Shown in pieces: positions 10,915 to 22,856 of a stretch of 32,617 nt of DNA (the first letter of the stretch is position 1; every line of letters starts with the position of its first letter). Made by a program: the position numbers and the translations under genes. Source of the DNA: Basidiobolus ranarum (lineage: Eukaryota); contig JASJQH010000081.1 of assembly GCA_040143965.1 (NCBI GenBank), positions 1 to 32,617 of the forward strand, written 5' to 3'. The notes beneath the pieces were generated by a model, which saw nothing but the letters and a program-made list of their open reading frames with translations, was not told where the DNA came from and did not search any database.

Positions 10915-13140
10915 ATGTTTTACCTTCACAAGTTGACTCGACCGGTATTTAGACATGGGCTAACTCGTGAACACTTGCGTTGCCTATCTACTGCAACCTC
11001 CTATTCTCAAAATCTAGTTGAGAAGATAACACAAAAATATTCCTTGGAACTACCCGAAGGATACAAAGTTAAATCTGGTGATTTTGTTTCCATTCAACCT
11101 GAGCATGTATTAACCCATGACAACACCGGTGCAGTAATGAGCAAGTAAGTATTTTCTTAATTCCAAATGCCTCCTTCAATAAGTAGATACTAACTATGAA
11201 TCAGATTTAAAAGCATCGGAGCTGGAAAATTTAAGAATGCTCGTCAACCAGTATTTGCCCTAGATCACGATGTTCAGAATAAAAGCGAAAAGGTACCTCC
11301 CTCATCTCTGAGATATTTTGAAGATTCATTCGTACTTATTCCAGTTGTATCTCTTTAGAATCTCGCCAAGTATGCCTCTATTGAAAAGTTTGGTGGTGAT
11401 CACGGAGTAGATTTTTACCCTGCTGGACGTGGAATCGGTCATCAAATCATGGTCGAGGAGGGATATGCATTCCCTTATACTATGACTGTGGCTTCTGATT
11501 CTCATTCCAATATGTATGGTGGTCTAGGCTGTTTAGGAACTCCAATCGTGCGTACAGATGCAGCCGCTATTTGGGCAACTGGTCGTACCTGGTGGCAAAT
11601 CCCACCTGTAGTTAAAGTGGAACTTTTAGGTAAACTCCCTCCTGGTGTGACTGGCAAAGATATTATTGTTTCCTTATGTGGCCTCTTCAATCACGATGAG
11701 GTACTGAATACTGCTATTGAATTCACTGGCCACGAAGCTGTTAAGAGTATTTCAGTTGATGACCGCTTAGCTATCGCTAACATGACCACCGAATGGGGAG
11801 CTTTGGCCGGCGTTTTTCCAGTTGATGAAGTTACTCTAGACTGGTTGTATAATCGTGTGGAGAAATTCCGATCACCATCTTATATAAATAGAAATATCCC
11901 AAAACTTCAATTCGGCGATCATTTCGTTCATCCTCGCATTAACACCGAAAGAATTGATCAGCTCGCATCTAGCCCAATAATTCCTGACTCTGACGCGAAT
12001 TACGCTAAACATCTGACACTGGATCTCTCTACTCTTTCTCCTCATGTCTCTGGTCCTAACTCCGTCAAAGTTATGAACCCTCTAAGTAAATTAGAAGAAA
12101 AGAATTTGGCCATTCACAAAGCTTATTTGGTGTCTTGCGTAAACTCGAGAGCTCAGGATATCCGTCAAGCCGCCGCAGTCATGAAGGGTAAGAAGGTGGC
12201 ACCTGGTGTTGAGTTCTACATAGCGGCTGCTAGTAGCGAAGTACAAAAAGAAGTGGAAGAAAGTGGTGACTGGTCGACACTTTTAGAAGCAGGTGCTAAA
12301 CCTTTACCATCTGGCTGTGGACCATGTGTTGGGCTAGGAACTGGTTTACTTAAGGATGGAGAAGTAGGAATTTCAGCCACCAATCGTAATTTCAAAGGCC
12401 GAATGGGTTCACCGAGTGCTCAAGCATACCTTGCATCGCCAGCTGTTGTAGCGGCTTCAGCTATTGCTGGTAAAATCTGTGGACCAAAAAGTCTTTCAGG
12501 TGAAGCCAGCCAAGCTCACGTAGAGCCCAAAACCACTATCACCGTAAACAGTACCCCTAAACGCAGTGAATCCACCTCTATCGAGATCATTGACAAATTT
12601 CCATCTAGTGTCAAGGGTGAATTGCTTTTCTGTCATGCCGATAATCTCAACACGGATGGTATCTATCCCGGAAAATATACATATCAGGATGATTTGACAC
12701 CTGAATACATGGCTACAGTAGTTATGGAGAATTATGACCCCGCATTTGTTCAAAAGGTTCGCAAGGGAGATATCATGGTTGGAGGATTCAATTTCGGTAC
12801 TGGCTCCAGCCGAGAACAAGCGGCTACTGCTTTGAAAGCCTCCGGGGTACAGGTGTTAATTGCCGGTAGCTTTAGTGAAACCTTCAAACGGAATTCCATC
12901 AACAATGCCTTATTGGTTCTTGAGGTTCCCGAATTGGTTAACGATCTCAAGGAAAGATATGGTGACCAGCAGCTGACTCAGCGCACTGGCTGGGATAGTA
13001 CGTTAGAATTCGATAAAGGCAAACTAGTGGTTACTATTGACGGTGAAGTTAAGAGCTACCAAGTTAGCCCGGTGGGTAAGGCAGCTCAGGAGTTGATGGT
13101 TGAAGGTGGACTGGAGAACTGGGTTAAGCACCGAATCTAA
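10915..13140 (+). CDS. LYS4: Mitochondrial homoaconitase (alpha-aminoadipate lysine pathway), 699 aa; exons 10915-11144, 11205-11292, 11359-13140
   Basis: Motifs [61 protein letters not shown]; Fe-S cysteines in SCVNSR and [36 protein letters not shown]. The N-terminus is Arg-rich and presequence-like. Confidence 0.97.
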
Positions 13141-13661
13141 GCAGTTACCTTCAATTTGATGTAATATATATTTAATTCGAGTCAATAAAGCATTGCGATG
13201 TGTGTGCGCCCCGCATTATCTGTGCAAACTTCGTTCTCCAATAAGCAACTTGCTACGCCATTCTTATCAGTAATTACCATATTAAATACAATCGACCATT
13301 TTAGATATCTTAAAGAATCTTGGCAATCAAGTGGAGTAGAGCAGATCTCCGTAATTATTACTATATGTAGCTGGCAAAACAGCAATTCAATTTATACTGA
13401 TTCGAGATGTTCGTGAAAAACTCAGCCCCCATAGAGAAAGAGTTTGGTCACGTTTTAAACATCCTACTTTAAAGGGTTTGGGTTCAATAAATCATCAAAT
13501 TTTGTTGGTGCCTGAGTTTGCGCCTATTTATCGCTATCTCTTTTGTAGCCGCTCTTCTTGTTTGTTATTTACCCTTCCCTTTGTCTCAAAATCTTTACGT
13601 TAAAGTGGATATCTTTTTTATATACTTTCTTGATTCAGTGAAAAATTAGAACTTTAGTAAT

Positions 13662-15161
13662 ATGGATCACGCAGGACATGGTAGTGACGGCTCTGGAACT
13701 CCATTAGATATCCCCGATTATAATGGCGTACTTACTGTCCATATTTTGTGTATGGTGGCCTCTTATGGCTTCATTATTCCCGTTGGTTCGTTTACCGTCT
13801 TTCTTTTAATTATGTTGAGACTATTTTCTAACAGATATATGTCAATTTTTAGGTGTTGTTTTGGGTTTGATTCGTTCCCGTTGGCATGTTCCAACCCAAA
13901 TAGTGGGCTCCATGATAGCCGCACTTGGCTTCTTTTTAGGCTTTATGCACGACGTGGGCTCCACTCACCATCACGAGCATAGTCACCGCAACCCTCACTC
14001 TTCTTTTGCTTGGGTTATGATTTTAGCTTTGATATCTCAAGGTCTCTTTGGGTTTTACATCAAGTTCTATAAGAAATCCACCGCAAATTTGCGCAAAATC
14101 GTCAAAGTAGCTCACAGATGGTTAGGTATTTCCACCATCGTTCTGGCTTACGTCCAAATGCTCTTAGGTGCCATAGTTTATCTAGGCATGTGCAAAGCGG
14201 ACCACTTGGGCCAATGCCTTGCGCACTTTATTATGGGCTCTTCCTTTATTGCATATGGTATAATTCTCTTGATCATTGCCAGAGCTGGTAACGCATACAT
14301 GCAGCATTTAGGCAAATCCCAAGAGTTCTGGGATAGTTGGGTTATGACCTTATGGGGAATAGTAAACACTTTTACAGAGCATCGGTACATTTTGTTTAGA
14401 TTTTAGTTGACTGTGATCGCCGTCGTTAATCATCTTCCTTACTGTACTTTAGATGGGGCGAGAGGTGGAGTCATGGAGATCTACAGCATACCTCACTTGG
14501 TGTGTTGTGGTGGTTTGGTGGTATGCTTGGCATCTTTATGACACGCCCTAACGGTAAAAGCCGCAACATCTTCCCAGCGTTAGTGATCATCTTTACGGGT
14601 GTGGCTATGGCAATGCATGCTCAATTGAGTGCAACCTCTGGTGTGATTCACTCGTTCTTCGGCTACGCTCTTACTATCGGTGGTGTCGCTCGTATCTTTG
14701 AGGTGCTCAAAACCCAAGACGATGTGATTGAAGGGAGATTCCCAAAACACCCCCTACAGCTTGTCAGTGGATTTGTAAGTAAATCACATGACTCCCATCT
14801 TACATAACTCTGATCACTAACTCACTATCCATCAAATATGTACTAGTTTATAATTCTTGCCGGCTGTCTGTTTATGAGTGCAACTGAAGAGATGATGTCA
14901 TTTTTGAACTGGGCAATGATTGATGGAGTTTCCTACTCTAATGTAGTTGTTTCATTTGCGTTTTTCATAACGCTCTATGCTTTGGTACTGATAAGTATAT
15001 ATATGAGCAAGAAGCGCAGTGTTCGAGACACCACTGCCTATAAAAGCTTCCCCACCCAGAACTATGAATCTGACACGGAAGTGGATTCTTTTGGAAAAGA
15101 TATAACTACCACTGCGTTAGATGATATGGAGTTGGACAATATTTCCGATGATTTCCCTTGA
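13662..15161 (+). CDS. YTP1: Ytp1-family multi-pass membrane protein (cytochrome b561-like N-terminal half plus Ytp1 C-terminal domain), 430 aa; exons 13662-13785, 13853-14384, 14453-14774, 14847-15161
   Basis: Motifs SRWHVPTQ, HRWLG, CKADHLGQCLAHFIMGSSFIAYG, SQEFWDSWVMTLWGIVNTFTEHRWGERWSHGDLQHTSLGVLWWFGG, RNIFPALVIIFTG, FMSATEE. Introns are phase-compatible. Confidence 0.9.
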
Positions 15162-15343
15162 GCAGCACTTGCCAGTACACATGTTGTATATAGATGAACC
15201 ACACTTCCTTCATCAAACTCAATACAGAGCAACAAATAAATATACAAAACGAAACGCAGATTATTTGCGGTTTATAAAGATGTTATTTCTATTTACTAAC
15301 AAATCACTTGTTTCTGCTATGTCACAATAACACTCGAGTTAAT

Positions 15344-16789
15344 TCAAGATGAAGCCTTGAACGACAGGTGACTCTCGTAGAATGCGATGACCTAAAAACA
15401 CAACGTTAATTCGTTTTCAAACCTTACAGCACAATTGACCAGAAACTACCTTTTGAGGGCACTTTTTGTTGACTTCGTCAGAAGGATGCACAGATCTTTT
15501 CCCGTTTTTCCTGTTTTCAAACCAATAAGCGTGATATTTAGCAGTTAATTATAGCAATACATTAACGTACCAGAGAAGATAAATCATCAGTTGATCTTTT
15601 GTTTGTTCAACAGTCTCTACTTCCTTCACCTCGTCCTCCCAATCATCAGGATTGTTGTTGTCTACACGAGTCTCCTTCTGCTTCTTCTTTGGAGTTTCTT
15701 CGACCTCCTGCGTCGGAGATTTACGTTTGATAGGCTTGTTTTTCTTCACTGGAGTTTTGACTGGGGTGACATTCTTTCTGGTTCTCCAATATTCCTCAAT
15801 CAACTCTGTGCAGAAACTGCGAATAATCAAGTTGCGTTGAGTTTAAATCTTTGATTTGGAAACAATTGAAATTTAAAGTTACTAACAGATTGTCCTCGTC
15901 CTCCCATGTATTATCAGTATCGGGGTATCCTTTCCATTTAAGAAAGTATTGGATATTGCCCTATTAACGTTGGTTAGTAAGTCCAACATACAAACTCTCT
16001 TCATGTAATAAAACCTACTGCACGCTTTCTATGTGCCACAACTGCTTCAACAATAAAAACGCCTTCTTCTGGAACTTCCTCATCACTTGCCTCGACGCGT
16101 TCTTTTTTTGATTCTGTAGCTGAAGTTTCGTTTCCATTTTGATCCACATCCATAGGTTTCTCTTCAGTGATAATTTCTTCCACTTTCTCCTCGGACTCAC
16201 CATTAGATTGTTTGGTGTCAGGCATTTCGTTATCAACCGCTTGAACTTCAGTATTATCCGACTCATTTTTCGATAGGTTGGTGTTTTCACTGTCATTTAT
16301 TGCTGTAATATTTCCATTGTTTTCAACTGGTTTATCTTCTTCATTATTCTCCACCGGTTTGACTTGTTCGTTATCTTCAGCTGATTTAGCCTCTTCCTTA
16401 TCTTCTATTGGTTTGACTTCCTCCCCTCCTTCAACCAATTTACTTTCCTCTTTACTTTCGACCGGAATATTATCCTTCTCACTTTCAGTGGATTTAGTTT
16501 CTTGACTTTCAACCGTAGTATTATTTACGGTTTCGATGTTTTCTTTCTCGGGATTTTGGTTTGTATCGTTTGAAATAGATGGTTCTGACCCGGTAGTTTC
16601 CGATTCTTTCGTGTTTTGAACAAGATTTGAAGAAATCTCCGAGGGATTTTCCACCGTTTGTTGAGAAAGGTCTTTTGATTTCTCCTCTATTTGAGTAGAA
16701 ACACTCTCAGTGGAGAATTCCATAACTTCTTCTACGGTTTCAACAATGGTAGTCTCGATGATCATATTTGTATTTTCCGTGGTAGACAT
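15344..16789 (-). CDS. HP1/Swi6-type heterochromatin protein (chromodomain + chromoshadow domain, long acidic N-terminus), 399 aa; exons 16789-16019, 15960-15887, 15816-15571, 15510-15450, 15391-15344
   Basis: Chromodomain [48 protein letters not shown] has an intact F/W/Y cage. A basic hinge follows. Chromoshadow: [12 protein letters not shown]...[13 protein letters not shown]...[16 protein letters not shown]. Confidence 0.93.
16316..16450 (-). repeat. Coding 27-bp (9-aa) degenerate tandem repeat in the HP1 N-terminus
   Basis: Units EESKLVEGG / EEVKPIEDK / EEAKSAEDN / EQVKPVENN / EEDKPVENN; two weaker units extend it to about 16504. Confidence 0.7.
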
Positions 16790-17474
16790 GGTTCTGTATA
16801 AGAATTATATATAACCTTATATATATAAAAGAAATTGGAAAAGAAGGTTACTTTCGTATATTACGGGAATTACCTGCTTAACATAAGAATAATATTTCAG
16901 TCAATAAACTCGGGAATATAGTCAGTTGAAAAATAATCAAACAAAAAGAAACGTTTAAAATGGAATGGAAATATGAGTACCTATATGGTATCGGTATCAA
17001 CTTGATAATATTAACCCAACTAAAGTACCACGAACACAACTGGTGATAGAAAATTCACTTTCTAACGAAGGTGTTGAGGGTTCAAAGCTTAAGTCAGCCA
17101 TGGTAGAAATTATGATCCAATCATCATGAAGTGGAACTCAATCACTCGGGGGAAATCGATCAATAGAATTACGCGTTAAAAAGCATCTGAATTCATAGGA
17201 TTTATCGATAATTTCATGTAACAATGACGTATGGCTCGGATGAAATTCACCCCTTCCTTTATTTAGAGGATCAAATGAATTCATTTCCTTAATTCTGTAT
17301 GTATTTTATATTAATATGTTATCCAATTCAGCCAAGTCAATCAATGCATCATCATCGATATATCGTCACTAGAAAAACTACTCTAGTATTAGTTAAAATC
17401 CATTGCTTTCTCTATCAATTAGTTGTACTCAGTGTCTTTCACCCCCTTTTGAATCTAGAAACCTCATAGTTAAT

Positions 17475-18725
17475 ATGAGCACTTCTAAACTCCATGTGTT
17501 GGTGGGAACATTCAACGTTTACCAACAAACATTGAATGAGGAAGTAAGAGATTGGTTATTAAGCCCTTTCAAAGAGCACCCTAGGGTACTTCCCGACATT
17601 GTTGCCATAGGATTTCAAGAATTCTCGCCCTATCCAGAGGCTTTTATACAAAGAGACGAAACCCGGTTAAGATATGCAGAACAATTAATAGAGAAATCGT
17701 TGAGGGAATTATGTGGAAGTCAACTCGAACAGAAAACCTCTCACCTAGGTTATAGAAAGATATTTGTTGAACAAGTGGTGGGTTTAGCTCTGGTTATCTT
17801 TGTGAAAGATTCCCTCCAAGATCAAGTCTCTGATATACTTAGCAACTATGAAGGAAGTGGCCCACTTTTCATACAAAATAAAGGTGCCTTAGGTGCTACT
17901 TTTCGTATTACCCCTAAGTCTACTGGTGAATTAGGTGGAAGTTTCTGCTTTATTTGCGCCCATTTTACTGCTCACGAAGGATACGCTGCCCGACGAAATG
18001 TCGACTTCAAAAATTTGGTGGAGCGTTTGGTTTTTCCAAAAAACTGTAACCGTGTCGAACCCACAGAATATTGTACCCTTCACGAGTATGAACACATTTT
18101 CTTGTTTGGAGACTTGAATTATCGAGCCAATTATAATTTCAAAGAGGTCACTAGACTAAGTACCTCAAAGAGTATTATTTCCCTTATAGAAGAGAATGAT
18201 ATCCCTTCACTACGTAAATATGATGAACTTCTATTCGAAAAGCAAGAGGGTAGAACAGTTCAAGGATTCACCGAGGGATGTCATCTAGATTTCCCACCTA
18301 CGTATAAATTCGCAGTTGGAACTCAAGAGTACAAGTGGGAAGCTAGAATACCATCCTGGTGTGATCGCATACTCTTCTTCAACTTAGACGAGTATAACAA
18401 GTTGTCAAACGTGAGTGAGACTAACGAGAAACAAGAAGCCGTATCGCCTATAACAACATTATACTATTCATCGTACTCTCCGAGTGTTATTTCTGATCAT
18501 AAACCAGTCGTAGGACTATATGAAATCGAAAGTAGATTAACACCGGCAGATTCGGTAAACTTAAATTGGCCGTCCATTGATCCGAATTGGAGGCTCAAGC
18601 GAAACTTTGGTAATGTTCTCACTAAAGTTACTGGAGTTTTGTGGTATTTTCTGGGGACAGAAAAGTGGATCCCAGTTGTCCTGTGTTTAGCCATATATAA
18701 AGTTTATAAATATTTTGAGTATTAA
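17475..18725 (+). CDS. Inositol polyphosphate / phosphoinositide 5-phosphatase, Inp54-like with hydrophobic C-terminal tail, 416 aa, intronless
   Basis: Motifs GTFNV, PDIVAIGFQE, NKGALG, CFICAHFTAH, FLFGDLNYR, FPPTYKF, PSWCDRIL, SDHKPV. Tail VLWYFLGTEKWIPVVLCLAIYKVY. First ATG is at 17475 (the ORF track starts on an upstream TTG). Confidence 0.93.
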   Translation: MSTSKLHVLVGTFNVYQQTLNEEVRDWLLSPFKEHPRVLPDIVAIGFQEFSPYPEAFIQRDETRLRYAEQLIEKSLRELCGSQLEQKTSHLGYRKIFVEQVVGLALVIFVKDSLQDQVSDILSNYEGSGPLFIQNKGALGATFRITPKSTGELGGSFCFICAHFTAHEGYAARRNVDFKNLVERLVFPKNCNRVEPTEYCTLHEYEHIFLFGDLNYRANYNFKEVTRLSTSKSIISLIEENDIPSLRKYDELLFEKQEGRTVQGFTEGCHLDFPPTYKFAVGTQEYKWEARIPSWCDRILFFNLDEYNKLSNVSETNEKQEAVSPITTLYYSSYSPSVISDHKPVVGLYEIESRLTPADSVNLNWPSIDPNWRLKRNFGNVLTKVTGVLWYFLGTEKWIPVVLCLAIYKVYKYFEY

Positions 18726-18852
18726 GGATTCATTAAGGATCCACCAAAACCACTTTACATAGTAATCAAGCTTGACAAAACATTACATAAAACACTGAAA
18801 AGATATTCACGAAGAGATCGTTACAAAGAGGAGCAAACTCTCATCCAATATT

Positions 18853-19784
18853 CTAACGAAACTCAAATGACGGGGAGTGGCGTTGTGGGATATGCTCCAA
18901 AGTTAGTTGTTGAAACCATTTAGAGTTCTAGTAAATTCAAGTCAATACACTGGCACTATTTGGATCCATTTAAGTAATTAACTCACTTGATGGTAGTAGT
19001 AACCTAATATAGTTCCGGTAGAGCGTTGGAAGCAAACATAGTAAAACCCCGCGAAGCTAGCACCGTGAACAGCCCCAACTCGGTAATCTGGCACCAGGAA
19101 GTGTTCTTTCCAACGCATAAATATAAAATCATTATTCACGAAATCATATTGGAAACCATCTTGATTGAACACTTCAGATATCTCTTGAAATGATGTAAAT
19201 TTAAGCTATTACAAGAAAAAATTAGCAGAGTAGCAAGTGGATTTTCTTTTGAGATGTTCAACTACCCAATGCTGTTCATCTATAAGCTCATCTGCTTCCC
19301 ATTTTCGAGTTAAAAATGAGTATTTGGGCCCAATAATCTCCGCATCGAAGAATGTGGTGAATTCAGGACAATTATTAGTCAAACCTTTGATATGTAAGTA
19401 GCCACATAGGTAAGAGGCACTTAAATCCACGCACTATTCAAGATGCACAATTCAATAGAAGCGATATAATCTTTAACATCCCTATATAATATAAATGTAA
19501 TAATACCTGGAGATCCACCTGTACTTCATAGCGACTGCCTCCGCTTTGCTGTTGTCCAAGAAATCTGCTTCCCGAATACAAAGCACAGGTCCCACTTGGT
19601 GCAAGTCGAACGGAAGAGATATTCTTAATGATGCGCTTCCTTAGTGCTTTCTTTAACTCTTCTGAAGAAAACCTCACTTCGGAGACAGATCCTGAGCCAA
19701 CTAACATTATTCGAGTGCTCGTGTTTTGAATTATTCTAGAATGACGAAGTTGCAATAAAAACTTGAATGTTTGGAATATGGCAT
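18853..19784 (-). CDS. GID4: Gid4/Vid24 substrate receptor of the GID/CTLH E3 ligase, ~220-225 aa; exons (19784-19763?), 19700 or 19707-19507, 19433-19266, 19205-18987, 18927-18853
   Basis: Motifs [97 protein letters not shown]. The start is uncertain (ATG at 19784 or 19707). Confidence 0.93.
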
Positions 19785-20388
19785 GCAAGTCACATAGATT
19801 CGGTATAGGTAAAAATGATCCGCTACAATCTCCGCTATTATCCTACTTAAGTATTTCAGAGACAACCCTAACCCCAACTCCACCATGGATTTGATATTAA
19901 ATTATTTTAAAATAAATGAAATATTTAAGAACATCCAATATTAGGCCAGTTCAGTCACCACTAAGATAAGAAGCAATATATGATCCTCGCGGGATGGAGA
20001 GTTTACAATTACCTTCCTTTTCCAATAAGCTCAACCCTGGTTTATTCGAATTCGTTTTATCGATTTATTGGATCTAGATCAAGGATAGACTTTGAAAATT
20101 GTTTCTAAAGAGGGACGAGAAATGACGAGGAGGATGTGATGGCGGACATAAACACTCAATTCAATTGATGACTATTATTGGAATTCATCGACCTAGGTAA
20201 AGAGCATAACCGCGGCTCCAGTCAAATGATGTATTAGGATGTTTCATTCAAGATTATCCTTTTTAATCAAAGGGGTTTTATCTTGATTGGTCAATGGGAA
20301 GCTACCTGTGTCCCTTAGATAGCTGATTGACTGATTTGTCTCAGCTTATAAGCTATGAAAATACTCACACCACGTAAAGTAATCTGAA

Positions 20389-21558
20389 ATGTCAGCGTTT
20401 GATTTTACTGAGCACCCTCATCGTCGCTTTAATCCATTGACCCGCTCTTGGGTTCTTTGCTCTCCACACCGTGCTAAGCGCCCTTGGCTAGGTCAACAAG
20501 AAGAGGTAAATGCTGATCCTCGTCCCGAATACTTACCAGAATGCTACCTTTGCCCTCGTAATAAACGAGCCGTAGATGGCGCTTCAAATCCCGACTACGC
20601 AACAACTTTTGTATTCCCAAATGATTATCCAGCGGTGTTGGAAGAACAACCGGAATATACCAGTGATTGCTCTGCAAATCAACTTGGACTCGATAAACTG
20701 GACGAGAAAGCCAAAAAATTGTTTCAAGTGCGTGGTGTTCGTGGTAACTGTCATGTAGTCTGTTTTTCCCCAAAACATAACGTTACCTTAGCGGAAATGA
20801 CAGTACCAGAAATTAAAATCGTAGTCGATACTTGGGCTGACATTTACCAAAAACTCGGAGAAAAAGAGTTTGTAAATTACGTGCAGATGTTTGAGAACAA
20901 AGGTAGTGCTATGGGTTGTTCTAATCCACATCCTCACGGACAGATTTGGTCTTTGGAAGATGTTCCTGAGGAACCTAGTAAAGAGATGCAAGCGTTTACG
21001 GCATATCGCGAAGAAAACCATAGCTGTTTACTGTGCGACTATACATCCATTGAATGTGAGGCTAAAGCCCGAATTGTTTGTGAGAATGATAGCTTCTTAT
21101 GCGTCACACCATTTTGGGCTATTTGGCCTTACGAAACCATGGTAGTTGCCAAGCAGCATACCACCAAGATCGTTGATTTGAATGAAAAGCAAAGAGTTGA
21201 TTTGGCTGATATCATTCGTAGAGTTACTTGCAGATATGATAATCTATTCCAGTGCTCTTTTCCTTACTCCATGGGAGTTCATCAAGCTCCAGTAGACGGA
21301 AAAGATCACGAAGGTGATTGTCATTTGCATTTACATTTCTACCCTCCGCTTTTGCGTTCCGCTACTGTTAGGAAATTTTTGGTTGGGTATGTAGTCTTTC
21401 CATTTTCTTGTGATCATTTTTCAGTCGATTAACACAAGACTGTTACAAACTTGTTTAGATTTGAGTTGCTTGGAGAACCTCAGCGTGATATTACTGCTGA
21501 ACAAGCTGCTGAGCGCCTTCGTAATTGCTCAGAAACCCATTACACTTTATCAAACTAG
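20389..21558 (+). CDS. GAL7: Galactose-1-phosphate uridylyltransferase, 365 aa; exons 20389-21386, 21459-21558
   Basis: Motifs [44 protein letters not shown] (active-site HPH), [58 protein letters not shown]. Confidence 0.98.
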
Positions 21559-22163
21559 TATTTAACTTCGTAATAGAAATTACTCGTTGACGTATTTGTG
21601 TTTTCATCTGACGACAACTGTTACCTGAACAGCAATATGTATAAAGCAACTTTAAGACAATTAACCTTGATTTCATGTACAAACTCTTCATAGTTAAGTT
21701 TGAAATTCACATTAGATTGCTGATCCTTCAATTCTTACATCACTTACCTGGATTCAAGTTGAATGTTATAATTATTCATTTTAAACTCCTTTTTCACTCA
21801 GTGTTACCATTGAAATCATTGATAAGCCATGTTAAATGATAAATTATCTAGTTCGAGTATTCTATGCGATCCTGTGTAATTAAGCTGTTTAAGTCGGTAA
21901 TCTGTTACCTTATGTGTACCTTAAACCACGTGCTCCAATGTCAACGATGGCAGAGGAGATACTCAATATCGGGAATTTGAGGAGAATATAAAAATGTGGG
22001 GAATTTAAGGGGATTCTTCATGCATTATTTGCCGATGTAAAGTATAACGATTAGAATATAATTGACTCCGTGATACTGTATAAAGTTGAGAATTCAATAA
22101 CTTTCTGGTCTTGATATCAATTATTGTTTTTTTTCTTTTCCTAAATTGAGAAACGTTAGTGTA

Positions 22164-22856
22164 ATGAGTCAATCTGCACCCAATCTTCTATTAAGATCCG
22201 AAGCAATGAATGAAGTAGAAAATTTGGAAGCTGGAACAACTAATCAACCACAAGAAAGTCGAGTCATAGAGGAGAAGGTTGGAAATGAGTTAGAACCCCC
22301 ACGATCATTTCGTTGGTCCTTGGATAGCGCTACTGAAGAATATCGATCATGGTATATTGGAAGAGGGCGATTTCCATCTTGGAAGAATCCTCATCTTATT
22401 TTGGTATTAACGGTCACATTGTGTATGATCTTGTTACAGTTATTTATGAACACTGTGTTTGAGGATCTTCGAATCAATTCTATGAGTGTACCTTCTTTTG
22501 GCCAAGGAGAGGCTACATATTATGATCCTGGACTAGGTGCCTGTGAGGTAGTCTCAAGAGCTGATGAGATGGTAGCAGCATTGGTAAATCTCCCCTTTGT
22601 TAGTTGGTTGAAATAACCCCCACTAACTATGAGCATCTAGAGTCCTACTCAATTCGGCATTTTCCCTAGACCAAGAGATAGCTCTGCCTGTGGCGTTTGT
22701 CTCAACGTAAATGGACCTAAAGGTACTGTTCAGGTTGTGGTAGTTGATTTATGTCCAAGATGTAAGGAAGGAGATCTTGATATCAGCCCAGCAGCTTTCA
22801 GTCAGATAGCAGATCAGCATGATGGACGCGTTCCTATCACCTGGTCAATGTGTTAA
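22164..22856 (+). CDS. RlpA-like double-psi beta-barrel (expansin/loosenin-like) protein with one internal TM helix, 211 aa; exons 22164-22583, 22641-22856
   Basis: GEATYYDPGLGACE, MVAAL|SPTQF, ACGVCLNVNGPKGTVQVVVVDLCPRCKEGDLDISPAAFSQIA..GRVPITW. TM segment LILVLTVTLCMILLQLFM. Exon 2 is missing from the ORF track. Confidence 0.9.

Noticed and set aside
17171-17176. ACGCGT (MCB-like) site between HP1 and the 5-phosphatase
   Set aside because: A single hexamer is expected by chance.
17475-18725. Retrogene origin of the intronless 5-phosphatase
   Set aside because: No poly(A) remnant or TSD is visible, and exons over 1 kb are common in neighbouring genes.
4838-21558. Genome-wide reassignment of TAG to a sense codon
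   Set aside because: TAG is the natural stop of GID4 (after conserved FEFR), GAL7 and the Myb/U-box gene.
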